Part shown: positions 44,339 through 56,040 of the stretch, piece after piece
How positions within the stretch are numbered: position 1 is the stretch's first letter
How the letters are laid out: every line of letters starts with the position of its first letter
From: an uncultured Thermoleophilia bacterium
Lineage (GTDB): Bacteria; Actinomycetota; Thermoleophilia; Gaiellales; Gaiellaceae
Assembly: GCA_963774225.1 (NCBI GenBank)
Contig: CAVZEA010000005.1
Location: 96,535-160,534 of the forward strand
Reading direction: 5' to 3'
DNA length: 64,000 bases
Position numbers and translations under genes: made by a program
The notes under the pieces: model-generated
What the model was told of the DNA's origin: nothing
Databases searched by the model: none
The model's input: the letters and a program-made list of their open reading frames with translations, nothing else

Positions 44339-44764
44339 GTGGCCGACCTCTATCTGTTCGACGGCTACAACCTGTTGCACGCGGGCGGGTTCGTTGACGA
44401 GCGCGAGCTCATAGACGCACTCGCGAGTTACGTTGCGCTGCACGGCGGACGCGGTGTCGTCGTCTTCGACGGGGTGGGGGAGGACGTGAAGCGGGGGCCA
44501 CTCGAGGTGCGCTTCGCCCGCGATGCCGACACGCTGCTCGAGCGGATCGCCGTCGAGCGTCGGCGCGAGGAGCGCGTCCTGCTCGTGACGAGCGACGCCA
44601 CCCTCGCGGCCGCGGCCGGCCTGGAGGTGGCGAGGCTCTCGTCGCAGGCCTTCCTGCGCGACTTCGAGCGTGGCGGCCGTCGCGAGGATGGCCCTCAGGG
44701 CCTCGGTGGGAAGCTCGATGCCGTCACGCGCGAGCGGCTGGAGCGGCTGCGCCGAGGCGAGTAA
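44339..44764 (+). CDS. YacP-like NYN-domain (PIN-like) protein
   Basis: LYLFDGYNLLHA ... VVVFDG ... LLVTSD pattern, at the position of Bacillus yacP. Confidence 0.7.
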   Translation: MADLYLFDGYNLLHAGGFVDERELIDALASYVALHGGRGVVVFDGVGEDVKRGPLEVRFARDADTLLERIAVERRREERVLLVTSDATLAAAAGLEVARLSSQAFLRDFERGGRREDGPQGLGGKLDAVTRERLERLRRGE

Positions 44765-44786
44765 GCGGGTCCACCGCAACCAGGAC

Positions 44787-44815
44787 TTGTGCTCTTTACA
44801 AGACCCTGCTAAATT
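44787..44815 (+). promoter_or_regulatory. candidate promoter TTGTGC-17-TAAATT upstream of the sigma factor gene
   Basis: Low-GC spacer. Hexamers and spacing read directly. Overlaps the small dyad CTTGT-N7-ACAAG. Confidence 0.25.
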
Positions 44816-44899
44816 CACCTCAACTTCAGGGTGAGACTTCGGTGGTGCAGGACGGAAGACTCGCCGACAAACAGTCCGCAAACCGGGGGTATTTCAACC

Positions 44900-45562
44900 G
44901 TGGCCGTCCGCACCGCATACGCACACAAGTCGCCGCAGAAGGCTCAACGAGAGCTTGAGGATCTGCAGTTGGTCCTCAAGGCTCGCAACGGCTCGACGGT
45001 CGCGATGGACCAGCTGATGCGGCGCTACACCTCCTTCGTCAGGCTGAAGGCAAGCTCGTATTTCCTCGCGGGCGGCGACTCGGAAGACCTGATCCAAGAG
45101 GGCCTCGTCGGCCTCTACAAAGCAGTACGCGACTTCCGGCCCGACAAGGAGACGTCCTTCCGTTCCTTCGCCGAGCTGTGCGTGACCCGGCAGATCATCA
45201 CGGCGATCAAGACGGCGACCCGGTTCAAGCACGCGCCGCTCAACTCGTATGTCTCGTTCAGCCACACGCCTGCAGGGCAGGAGGGCGACGACTGCACCCT
45301 CGGCGACGCGCTGCCCGGGCCGGCCGTCAACGATCCGTCCGTGCGCGTGATCTCGACCGAGGAGCTGCAGTCACTCGTCGGCTGTCTCTCGACGACACTC
45401 TCTCCGCTCGAGTCGGATGCGCTCCGGCTCTACCTCGAGGGCTCGTCGTACGAGCAGATGGCGGAGGAGCTCGGCTGCGACACGAAGACGATCGACAACG
45501 CGTTGCAGCGCGTGAAGCGCAAGATCCTCACGCATCAGACCTCGCGCGCCGTCCTGCAGTAG
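44900..45562 (+). CDS. sigH: sigma-70-family sigma factor of the Bacillus SigH/Spo0H type
   Basis: FAELCVTRQIITAIKTATRFKHAPLNSY and IDNALQRVKRKI closely match my recollection of B. subtilis SigH. GTG 44900 assumed. Confidence 0.8.
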   Translation: MAVRTAYAHKSPQKAQRELEDLQLVLKARNGSTVAMDQLMRRYTSFVRLKASSYFLAGGDSEDLIQEGLVGLYKAVRDFRPDKETSFRSFAELCVTRQIITAIKTATRFKHAPLNSYVSFSHTPAGQEGDDCTLGDALPGPAVNDPSVRVISTEELQSLVGCLSTTLSPLESDALRLYLEGSSYEQMAEELGCDTKTIDNALQRVKRKILTHQTSRAVLQ

Positions 45563-45581
45563 AGGCTCTGGGACGCGGCCG

Positions 45582-47039
45582 ATGGGCGAGCGCCTCACCC
45601 GCCGCGAGCTCGTTCGGCGCGGTCTCGGCGCCGCCACGCTGGTCGCTTTCCCACGCCTGCTGAGCCCCGCGAGCGCGCTGGCCGGCAGGGCGGGCTCCCC
45701 GCTCACAGGGCTTGCGAGCGCGGTGCGCGGCCCCGTGTTGACGCCGTCTTCAAGCGCCTACGCCGCAGCCGCAAGCGTCTTCGACAGCCTCTACGACGGG
45801 ATCAAGCCGCTCGCGGTCGCGCAGCCGCTCGATGCGACGGACGTCGCCGCGGTGGTGAACTGGTCGAGGACGAAAGGCGTCCAGATCGTCGCGAAGTCCG
45901 GGGGCCACAGCTACGGCGGCTACTCGACTGTTGCGAACGGCGTCGTCGTCGACCTGTCCAAGCTCGCCGGGATCTCGGTCTCGTCGGGCCACGCGACGAT
46001 CGGGCCGGGCGCACGCCTGGGCAACATCTACAACGTGCTCGGCGCCCACGGCGTCGCGATCCCGGCGGGCACGTGCCCGAGCGTCGGCATCGGCGGCCAC
46101 GCGCTCGGCGGCGGCTTCGGTCTCGCCTCGCGCGACTGGGGCCTCGCCTCCGACAATCTCGTCTCGGTGCAGATCGTCACGGCGGACGGGAAGGTGCTCG
46201 TCGCGGACGCGACCCACCACCCCGATCTCTTCTGGGCGTGCCGCGGGGGCGGCGGGGGGAACTTCGGAATCGTCACCCGGATGACGTTCCGAACGCACCC
46301 GGTGTCCCAAGGTGCGTACTTCGTCGCGACCTGGCCGTGGTCACAGGCCGCGGAGGTGGTCGGCAGCTTCCTCGCGTGGGCGCCGCATCAACCGGACGCG
46401 CTCGGGGCGCTCTGCCGGCTCGCCGCCGGGCCGGGCGGGCCGACCGTCCAGGTCTTCGGCCAGTTCCTCGGCAGCGAGACCGCGCTCAAAACCGCCCTGG
46501 CGTCGCTCGGCCCGCCCGCGTCGCACCTCGACATCGGCACCTCGTCCTGGCTCGACCTCGTCCGCCGCTGGGCGGGCTGTCTGGGGCACACGCTGCCGCA
46601 GTGCGCCGCGCCCGGGACGCAGGCGTTCGTCGGTGCGTCGGACTACATCGCGAAAGTGCCGACGGCCGCGCAGCGCGCAACGTTCGTCTCGGTTGTCGAG
46701 GGGCGCGGTACGCAGTCGGGCGCGCTCCTGATCGACGCGTACGGAGGCGCGCTCAATCGCATCGCGCCCGGCGCGACCGCTTTCGTGCATCGAAACCAGC
46801 TCGCTTCGATCCAGTACTTCGCCGCCGGCAATGGAGCATCTGCGCGCGGTTGGATCAACGGCGCGCGCAAGGCGCTCGCACCGGCTGTGTCGGGCCAGGC
46901 GTACGTGAACTACATCGACCCGCAGCTTGCAAACTGGCAGACCGCGTACTACGGGACGAATCTCGCGCGTCTGCGGATCGTGAAGAAAAAGTACGACCCG
47001 CACACCCTCTTTCACTTCGCGCAGAGCATCCGACCCTAG
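45582..47039 (+). CDS. secreted FAD-linked oxidoreductase (VAO/BBE family) with Tat signal
   Basis: Twin-arginine leader LTRRELVRRGLGAATLVAF...ASALA, SGGHSYGGYS, C-terminal BBE-like YVNYID...YDP. Confidence 0.85.
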   Translation: MGERLTRRELVRRGLGAATLVAFPRLLSPASALAGRAGSPLTGLASAVRGPVLTPSSSAYAAAASVFDSLYDGIKPLAVAQPLDATDVAAVVNWSRTKGVQIVAKSGGHSYGGYSTVANGVVVDLSKLAGISVSSGHATIGPGARLGNIYNVLGAHGVAIPAGTCPSVGIGGHALGGGFGLASRDWGLASDNLVSVQIVTADGKVLVADATHHPDLFWACRGGGGGNFGIVTRMTFRTHPVSQGAYFVATWPWSQAAEVVGSFLAWAPHQPDALGALCRLAAGPGGPTVQVFGQFLGSETALKTALASLGPPASHLDIGTSSWLDLVRRWAGCLGHTLPQCAAPGTQAFVGASDYIAKVPTAAQRATFVSVVEGRGTQSGALLIDAYGGALNRIAPGATAFVHRNQLASIQYFAAGNGASARGWINGARKALAPAVSGQAYVNYIDPQLANWQTAYYGTNLARLRIVKKKYDPHTLFHFAQSIRP

Positions 47040-47061
47040 GGCACCTAGGATGTGCTGGCGC

Positions 47062-47134
47062 GCCGGAGTAGCTCAGCTGGCAGAGCAACGGTTTTGTAAA
47101 CCGTCGGCCGTGGGTTCGAGTCCCACCTCCGGCT
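47062..47134 (+). tRNA. tRNA-Thr (anticodon UGU)
   Basis: Hand-folded cloverleaf: acceptor GCCGGAG/CTCCGGC, D arm GCTC/GAGC, anticodon stem ACGGT/ACCGT with loop TTTGTAA, T arm GTGGG-TTCGAGT-CCCAC. No encoded CCA. Confidence 0.9.
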
Positions 47135-48088
47135 CTATTCGTCGAGTGCGGCGCTGAGATCCGCCCAGAGGGCGTCTGCGTCCTCGAGCCCGACCGAGAG
47201 GCGCAGGAGCCCACGCGGGATGCGGTCGCCCTCCCAGCGATGGCGGCTCTCCATCGAGCTGCGAACACCGCCGAGCGACGTCATGTTCGAGATCAGCCGC
47301 GTGCCCGTCTCGACCTGCCGCACCCGATCGCCGTCGACGTCGAACGAGATCAAACCACCGTGTCCCGGGTACCGAACGCGTTCCACCGCGGGATGCTCCG
47401 CGAGCCGCCGGGCGAGCTCCTGGGCCGTCGCGGTTTGGCGACGGACACGAACTTCGAGTGTGGCGAGGCCGCGGAGCAGCGACGCTGCCGCGTCGGGCGC
47501 CGAGGCGAGGCCGAGCCGGAGGCGAACGGCAAACAGCCGCTCGCGCAGCTCGGCGTCGCGCGTCACCGTCGCACCGAGCATCGCGTCGTGGTGCCCGGTC
47601 AGGTACTTCGTCGCGGAATGGAGCGCGATGTCCGCTCCTTCGTCGAGCGCGCGCAGGAACACCGGGGTCGAGACCGTCGCGTCGCAGACGACGCGGCCCG
47701 GGTGTGCGCGGAGCGCCTCCCAGTCGGGCAGCGTGAGCACGGGGTTGGCCGGCGCCTCGACCCACACCACATCGGCGGCAGGCGGCGTCCCCGTCTGGTC
47801 GAACTCGACGACGCGAAGCCCCCAGCGGGCGAGCTCGGAGAGCGTCACGCCGGTGCCGAAGTAGGCGCCCTCGGCAAGCGCGAGCGTCGACCCGGGTGAG
47901 CAAAGCGCGAAGACGCAGGCGGTGACCGCCGCTGTTCCCGAGTTGAAGAGGAGCGCGTCGCCACCCTCGAGCTCGCCGAGTACCGCCTCGGCGGCGCTTC
48001 CGGTCGGATGCGCGTAGCGCTGGTACACGAAGGCGCTCGGTTCGCCGTGCTCGTCGTACGGCCACGCGGTGGTGCGGTCGACGCTCAT
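47135..48088 (-). CDS. Cys/Met-metabolism PLP-dependent enzyme (cystathionine gamma-synthase/lyase family, short form)
   Basis: SATKYLTGHHD PLP-lysine motif, YQRYAHPT. 317 aa. Confidence 0.8.
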   Translation of the reverse strand: MSVDRTTAWPYDEHGEPSAFVYQRYAHPTGSAAEAVLGELEGGDALLFNSGTAAVTACVFALCSPGSTLALAEGAYFGTGVTLSELARWGLRVVEFDQTGTPPAADVVWVEAPANPVLTLPDWEALRAHPGRVVCDATVSTPVFLRALDEGADIALHSATKYLTGHHDAMLGATVTRDAELRERLFAVRLRLGLASAPDAAASLLRGLATLEVRVRRQTATAQELARRLAEHPAVERVRYPGHGGLISFDVDGDRVRQVETGTRLISNMTSLGGVRSSMESRHRWEGDRIPRGLLRLSVGLEDADALWADLSAALDE

Positions 48089-48183
48089 GCTCCGACTGTA
48101 GTGGCGGGAGCGAACAGCGTGAGCTACATGCCGTCGGTGCCCCCGCGCTGGGCGATGTGTGAACCCGATGTACGCTCCGCCGC

Positions 48184-49757
<1,574 letters not shown>

Positions 49758-49761
<4 letters not shown>

Positions 49762-51564
49762 ACGCTCTCCACGCCCATGGGCTCGGCGATGCCGAGCGAT
49801 GCCAGGAGGGCATGCACAACCTCCGGGTCGAAGTGCGTAGCCCGCGCAGCGCTCGAGCTCCGCGATCGCCGCAGCGCGCGACCGCGGAGCCCGATACAGA
49901 CGGTTCGACGTCATCGAGTCGAAGGCATCGGCGACGAAGATGATCCGCGCGCCGAGTGGGATCTCGTCGCCGGCGACGCCGTTTGGATAACCGGTCCCGT
50001 CCCAGCGCTCGTGGTGATGCAGAACCCAGTCGGCGATCGGCTCGACGCCGAGGCTCTCCAGCATGCGGTACCCGATCTCGGGATGCCGTTGTACGACGAG
50101 CCACTCGGCGCTCGACAGAGACGTCGGCTTCTGCAGGATCTCCTCGGGGATCGCAAGCTTGCCGAGGTCGTGCAGGCTCCCGCCGAGGCGGGCGAGCTCG
50201 ACCTCGTCCGGTGGCAGGCCGAGCTGCTCGGCGATCTGCGCAGACAGCGCAGCCACGCGTGTCGAGTGGCCGCTCGGGTGCGCGTCGCGTGAGTCGACAG
50301 CGCGCGCCAGCGACGCAGCGGCCCGGAACCGTGCGAAGCGGTTTGCGCTCCGTGCGACCTTCCGGAACTCGTCCAGTTGCACGACCTCCGGACGCGCGAC
50401 CCGTACCTGGTGCTTCCCTTGCTCCTTCGCCCAGTAGAGCGCGTTGTCGGCGAGCCGTACCAGTGTGGCTCGGTCGCGTCCTTGTGTCGGGTAGGTGGAG
50501 AGCCCAGCGCTGAGTGTGATCGACGTTTCGCCGTCACCCGCGTCGAGCGTCCCCACCCGGGCGACGATCGCCTGCGCTGCCGCGAGCGCGCTGTACTCGC
50601 CCAGGCCGGGGAGGAGCAGCGCGAACTCGTCGCCGCCCAGGCGAAACGCCTCGCCGCCCTGCCGCAGCCGTGCCGCGACCCGCGAGAGCACGCGGTCGCC
50701 CGCCGGGTGGCCGAGGCGGTCGTTGACGAGCTTGAAGTCGTCGAGGTCGAGGAGCACGAGCGCCAAGCGTCCGTCCGACTCTTCGGCGAGGTCGAGCTCC
50801 CGCTGCAGGCGCTCGTGGAAGTGCCGGTGGTTGCCGAGCCCGGTGAGCGGATCGGTCAGTGCGAGCCTGACCGCGCGCAGCTCGCGATGCGTCGAACGCT
50901 GATAGAGGGAGATCGCGACCAGCGGGCCCGCGAGCGCCGCGAACATGTACGGCGTCCTCTGCCAGAGGACGACGAGCATCAACGCGGTCGACGCCATCAG
51001 CGAGAACGGCACTGCCGTGAAGCGCACGTTCGTGCGCACGAGGCGGAAGTAGCCGACCTCGGAGCCGGAGGCGGAGATTGCGGCCGTCACGATGGTGACG
51101 TTGACGACGTAGAGGATCGCGGCAGTGACGGCGACTTCGATGAGCGCTCCCAGGTTCGCGCCGTGGGCGCTCCGCAGCGTCAGCCCGGCGATCGTGCCGC
51201 CCAGGCCGAACGCGCCGGCGTTGAAAAGCGTGCGGATGAGCGGCCGGCGTTCGACCAGCGCGACAAGCGTCGGGGCGGTCGCATAGACGAACGTGGCGGG
51301 CCCCCAGCCGAAGAGCACGAGACCCGCGACCGCGAAGACGAAGCCGAGAGATACGCCGTTCGCGTCAGCGCCGTCGACCGGCACCGGGAGCCACTCGGCG
51401 AGCGTCGAGGCGATCAGGAACGCCCCGACGCCGAGGAGCAGCGCGGCAGAGGCGGGCCGCAGCGCGAACGAGGCGGTCGCCGCGAGGTAGGCAGTGATCC
51501 CGGCCGCTGAGACCGGGATCACGACTACCAGGAGCTTTGCTGGTGGTAGCGCCCGACCGGGCAT
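49758..51564 (-). pseudogene. membrane-bound GGDEF + HD-GYP c-di-GMP signalling protein, +1 frameshift near 49840
   Basis: N-terminal multi-TM domain, RLGGDEFALL, HDLGK ... HHERWDGTGYP. After ELERCAG the shifted frame gives THFDPEVVHALLASLGIAEPMGVESV stop at 49758. Confidence 0.85.
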
Positions 51565-51577
51565 GCCGGCGGAGGCG

Positions 51578-51697
51578 CTACCAGGTGAAGTTGGTGAAGG
51601 CCCAGGTGAAGTTCGCGGCCAGCCCTGACAAGGCGACCAAGAGCGCGACCACGACGAATGTCGCGGTCTTCGAATTGCACTGAAGCATGGAACTCAT
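51578..51697 (-). CDS. candidate small membrane peptide (36-39 aa) ending ANFTWAFTNFTW
   Basis: Hand translation. GGAGAGG lies 9 nt before the second ATG (51688). One TM segment FVVVALLVALSGLAA. The stop is 13 nt before the GGDEF gene start. Confidence 0.35.
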   Translation of the reverse strand: MSSMLQCNSKTATFVVVALLVALSGLAANFTWAFTNFTW

Positions 51698-51822
51698 CCT
51701 CTCCCCAAGTAGGTGCCGCAGTCGAATTCGATTCTCTCTACGCGCATCGCGCACGGCATCACCCGATGGAGGGAAACGCGCGCAAGACCTACCCGTTTCG
51801 CGTGACGCATAAGGTTCGCGCG

Positions 51823-51954
51823 ATGGAGAGCGAGCTCGACCCGTCGCAGCGGGCGCCCGTCGAGGTCGCGCTTGCGGAACTGCTCGCGGCCGAGCGACCG
51901 CCACCGCCGGACCCGTGGTGGGCCGAAGGCCTGCGCGAGATGCTCGACTCGTAG
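51823..51954 (+). CDS. candidate small ORF (43 aa; alternative start 51766)
   Basis: High GC3 within ORF 51658..51954. No family recognised. Confidence 0.2.
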   Translation: MESELDPSQRAPVEVALAELLAAERPPPPDPWWAEGLREMLDS

Positions 51955-51960
51955 TCCGCG

Positions 51961-52509
51961 CTACGAGACGACGGTGCGGCCGCGCAGCACGCTCGGTGCC
52001 GAGCGCGCGTAGTCGAGTCCGGACACCCACGTCAGGACGAGCGCGAGCAGCAGTGTCCACCACGCCACGTCGTGGCTCCACGTGCCGGCCGCCGCCAGCC
52101 CGCCGACGGCTGCGGCGATCGCCTGCGACCAGGTCTTCAGCTTCCCGAGGTCGCGGGCGGCGATCACGATGCCGCGCTCGATCGCCGCCTGCCGAAGCCC
52201 CGAGATGAGCAGCTCGCGGCTCACGATCGCCGCCACCATCCAGGCCGGGAAGACCGACTGGTCGAGCAGCACGATCAGCGTCGCCATCACCAGGAGCTTG
52301 TCGGCGACCGGGTCGAGCAGCGAGCCGAGCGGCGAGGACCGCCCGGTGCGACGCGCAATGCGTCCGTCGAACCAGTCCGTCGCCATCGCGAGGCAGAAAA
52401 GCACCGTCGCCCAGACGTCGTGGTGCGGGAACGAGACCGCGAAGAGCAGGACGACGATCGGCACCGAGATCGCGCGGGCGACGGTCAGCTGGTCGGCGAC
52501 GCTCATCAA
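51961..52509 (-). CDS. pgsA: CDP-diacylglycerol--glycerol-3-phosphate 3-phosphatidyltransferase
   Basis: CDP-alcohol motif DWFDGRIARRTGRSSPLGSLLDPVADK. Confidence 0.9.
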   Translation of the reverse strand: MMSVADQLTVARAISVPIVVLLFAVSFPHHDVWATVLFCLAMATDWFDGRIARRTGRSSPLGSLLDPVADKLLVMATLIVLLDQSVFPAWMVAAIVSRELLISGLRQAAIERGIVIAARDLGKLKTWSQAIAAAVGGLAAAGTWSHDVAWWTLLLALVLTWVSGLDYARSAPSVLRGRTVVS

Positions 52510-52526
52510 CCAAGAGAATACGGCGG

Positions 52527-54272
52527 ATGTTCACAAAGGTCCTGGTCGCAAACCGAGGCGAGATCGCCATCCGGATCTTCCGGACGCTCCGCGACATGGG
52601 CCTTGCTTCGGTCGCCGTCTATTCCGACGTCGACCGCGACGCGCTCCACCCACGCTTCGCCGACGAGGCGTACGCCCTCGGAGGGGCCACCTCGGCCGAG
52701 ACGTACCTCGTCGTCGACAAGCTCCTCGAGGCTGCCCGTCGTTCCGGCGCCGAGGCTGTGCATCCGGGCTACGGGTTCCTCGCCGAGAACGCCGGTTTCG
52801 CGCGCGCCGTCGAGAGCGCCGGGCTCGTGTGGATCGGCCCGCCGGCATCGGCGATCGAGTTGATGGGCTCGAAGACGCGTGCGCGGCAGGCCATGCAGGC
52901 GGCGGGCGTGCCGATCATTCCGGGCACGACCGAGCCCGTGGGCTCCGCGGCCGAAGTGGTCGCGCTCGGCGAGGAGATCGGCTATCCGCTGCTGATCAAG
53001 GCCGCCGCGGGCGGGGGCGGCAAGGGGATGAAGACCGTGTATTCGGCCGGCGAGGCCGAGCAGGCGTTTGCGTCGGCTCAGCGCGAAGGGCAGTCGTACT
53101 TCGCCGACGCGTCGGTGTACGTCGAGCGTTACCTCGAGGATCCGCGCCACGTGGAAGTGCAGGTGCTCGCGGATGCCCACGGCAACGTGATCCATCTCGG
53201 GGAGCGTGACTGCACGATTCAGCGGCGCCACCAGAAGCTCGTCGAGGAGACGCCGTCGCCCGGAGTCGACCCCGAGCTGCGAAGCCGCATCGGGAACATC
53301 GCCATCGACGCGGCGAGGGCCGCGGGCTACCGCTCGGCCGGGACGATCGAAGGGCTGCTCGCGCCCGACGGCTCGTACTACTTCATGGAGATGAACACCC
53401 GGATCCAGGTCGAGCACACGATCACGGAGGTTGTCGCCGGGATCGACCTCGTGCGTGCGCAGGTGCAGATCGCGCGCGGCGAGGCGCTCGAGCTCTCGCA
53501 AGGCCGCGTGCGCCTTCAGGGTCACGCGATCGAGTGCCGCATCAACGCTGAGGACCCGGCCAACGGCTTCCTGCCCTCGCCGGGGACGATCACGGCGTAC
53601 CACGAGCCCTCAGGGCCGGGCGTGCGCGTCGACTCCGGTGTCGGCGAAGGCTCTGTCGTCTCGCCGCTCTACGACCCGATGGTCGCGAAGCTGATCGTGT
53701 GGGGCGCCGACCGGGACCACGCGATCGGCCGCATGCAGCGGGCGCTCGCCGAGTATCGGATCGGCGGGGTGAGAACGCTGATCGGCTTCCACCGTGCGTT
53801 GCTCGCGCACCCGTGTTTCCGCGCGGGGGAGACGTGCAACGGGATCGTCGAGTCGCCGGAGCTCGCTGCTCAGGCGGCGGAGCTTGCCGTCGAGGTAGAC
53901 CACGGGCCGCGCGCATCCCACGTCGCCGAGGTTGAGCGCGTCACGACCGCTGAGGTCGACGGCCGCCGCGTCGAGGTGCGCCTGCGGGTGCCCGAGCCGC
54001 CGTACCGCGAACTGGCGCGCCGGCGACGAGAGCGAACGGCGGCCGGCGGCGGTGCCGCATCCGGAGCGGTCGTCTCGCCCATGCAAGGCACCGTCCTCGA
54101 CGTGAAGGTCGCCGACGGCGACGCCGTCGAGGTCGGCCAGGTGATCTGCATCGTCGAGGCGATGAAGATGGAGAACGAGGTGACCGCGCACGCCGCCGGC
54201 ACCGTGGCCGAGCTCGCGGTCGCACCGCAGCAAGCGGTCACGATCGGCCAGCAGATCTGTGTGATCGCGTAA
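52527..54272 (+). CDS. acyl-CoA carboxylase alpha subunit (biotin carboxylase + BCCP)
   Basis: ATP-grasp biotin carboxylase domains and C-terminal biotinyl motif VEAMKMENE. 581 aa. Confidence 0.9.
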   Translation: MFTKVLVANRGEIAIRIFRTLRDMGLASVAVYSDVDRDALHPRFADEAYALGGATSAETYLVVDKLLEAARRSGAEAVHPGYGFLAENAGFARAVESAGLVWIGPPASAIELMGSKTRARQAMQAAGVPIIPGTTEPVGSAAEVVALGEEIGYPLLIKAAAGGGGKGMKTVYSAGEAEQAFASAQREGQSYFADASVYVERYLEDPRHVEVQVLADAHGNVIHLGERDCTIQRRHQKLVEETPSPGVDPELRSRIGNIAIDAARAAGYRSAGTIEGLLAPDGSYYFMEMNTRIQVEHTITEVVAGIDLVRAQVQIARGEALELSQGRVRLQGHAIECRINAEDPANGFLPSPGTITAYHEPSGPGVRVDSGVGEGSVVSPLYDPMVAKLIVWGADRDHAIGRMQRALAEYRIGGVRTLIGFHRALLAHPCFRAGETCNGIVESPELAAQAAELAVEVDHGPRASHVAEVERVTTAEVDGRRVEVRLRVPEPPYRELARRRRERTAAGGGAASGAVVSPMQGTVLDVKVADGDAVEVGQVICIVEAMKMENEVTAHAAGTVAELAVAPQQAVTIGQQICVIA

Positions 54273-54276
54273 AGGG

Positions 54277-55050
54277 CTAAAGGCTGCGCTGATACGAGCG
54301 GAACGCGCTCGTAGCCCACGACGCGGTCACGCCGGTGAGGGCGAGCAGCAGCAAGAGGTGCCAGGCAACGGCCGACCAATCTGTGCCGGGCAGAACGACG
54401 TCGCGCGCGGCGCGCACGCCCCAGTCCACGGGATTGAACTTCGATGCCGTCTGCATCCAGCCCGGCATCTGCTTCAGCGCGATCATCGTCGACGAGAGGA
54501 AGAGCAGCGGCAGCCCGATGAAGTTTGCGACCGCGATCATCGTCGCCTCGCGTCGCGTCAGCAGCGCGATTGCCTGCGAGATGCCGGCAAAGGCGCTGTT
54601 TACCAGCATGCCGGCCAGGATGATCACGAGCACTCCGAGGACGCCGGTGTGAATGTGCACGCCGAGCCCGAACGAGACGAGCAGGATCACGACCGCCTGG
54701 ATCGCCGCAGTCAGCGCCGAGCGCACGATCTGTGACAGGACGAGCGAGAAGCGCGACGCCGGCGTCGCGAGGAATCGCTCGACGACCTTGTGATCGAGGT
54801 CGTTGATCATCGACATCCCGCTCCACGTTGCGCCGAAGAACGCGTTCATGACGACGATCGCGGGGGCGAGGAACGTGATGTACGAGCCGGTGCCGAACCC
54901 GCCGAGCCGGGTGACGTTCTTGAACAGCTGCCCGTAGAGAACGAGCCACACCATCGGCTGCACGAGGAGCAGCACGATCCAAATCGGCTCGCGCATCAGG
55001 TTTCGCGCCTGACGGATTGTCATGAACCAGGTGTGACGGAGAACGGTCAC
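54277..55050 (-). CDS. ABC-2-type transporter permease
   Basis: Six predicted TM segments. GTGA overlap with the ATPase stop. Confidence 0.85.
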   Translation of the reverse strand: MTVLRHTWFMTIRQARNLMREPIWIVLLLVQPMVWLVLYGQLFKNVTRLGGFGTGSYITFLAPAIVVMNAFFGATWSGMSMINDLDHKVVERFLATPASRFSLVLSQIVRSALTAAIQAVVILLVSFGLGVHIHTGVLGVLVIILAGMLVNSAFAGISQAIALLTRREATMIAVANFIGLPLLFLSSTMIALKQMPGWMQTASKFNPVDWGVRAARDVVLPGTDWSAVAWHLLLLLALTGVTASWATSAFRSYQRSL

Positions 55051-56001
55051 GCCGCGCGGTCCTCCGCGTTGAAGTCGCGGCCGGTGAAATGCAGGTACAC
55101 GTCGTCGAGCGAAGGCCGCGAGACGGACACCGACTCGACCGGGATCCCCGCGCCCTCGAGCGCGGTGATGATCGCGGGCAGCGCGCGGCCCCCGTTCTCG
55201 ACGCGTGCGACGACCGTGCGACCGTCGAGCACCTGCTCGGGCCTGGCGCCGGCGGCTGCGAGCACGGTCTGCGCCTCTGCGACGGACTCGCGGGGCAGCT
55301 CGACGTGCACGGCGTCTCCCTGCAGAAGCGCTTTCAGCTCGGAGGGCGTGCCTTCGACGACGATCTTGCCCTGCGAGACGATCGCAAGCCGGTCGGCAAG
55401 GTGGTCGGCCTCCTCGAGGTAGTGCGTCGTGAGCAGGATCGTCAGCGTCTCGGCCTCCGCGAGGCGGCCGACCTCTTCCCACAGTGCCGCTCGCGCTTCG
55501 GGATCGAGGCCGGTCGTCGGCTCGTCGAGGAAGAGCACCGAAGGCCGGTGCACGAGACCGAGAGCGATGTCGAGCCGGCGCCGCATGCCGCCCGAATACG
55601 TGCGGACGACGCGATCCGCGGCGTCGGTGATCCCGACGAGCTCGAGCAGTTCGTCGGTGCGCTGCGCGGAGCGCACGGCCGCCCATGCCCTGGATCCGGC
55701 CCTGGAGCATCAGGTTCTCGCGGCCGGTTCCGAACTGGTCGACGCCCGAGTCCTGCGGCACGTAGCCGATCGCCTTGCGCACGGCCGTCCGCTCGCGGGC
55801 GACATCGTGTCCCGCGACCCGCGCTGTGCCGGCATCCGCCGCGGTGAGCGTGACGAGCACGCGGACGGTCGTCGACTTGCCTGCGCCGTTCGGCCCGAGC
55901 AGCCCGAACACCTCTCCCCGGCGAACGGAGAACGTCACTCCGTCGAGCGCCTGAACCTCCCCGTAGCGCTTGCGGAGCTCGTCGACGACGATCGCTTCCA
56001 T
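55047..56001 (-). pseudogene. ABC transporter ATP-binding protein, +1 frameshift near 55677
   Basis: Walker A GPNGAGKST in the frame from ATG 56001. Signature YSGGMRRRL and Walker B LFLDEPTTGLD in ORF 55047..55676. Length is 3n+1. Confidence 0.85.
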
Positions 56002-56040
56002 CGACCTCGAGGGTATCGGCGTGGCTAATGTCCCGCGGCG

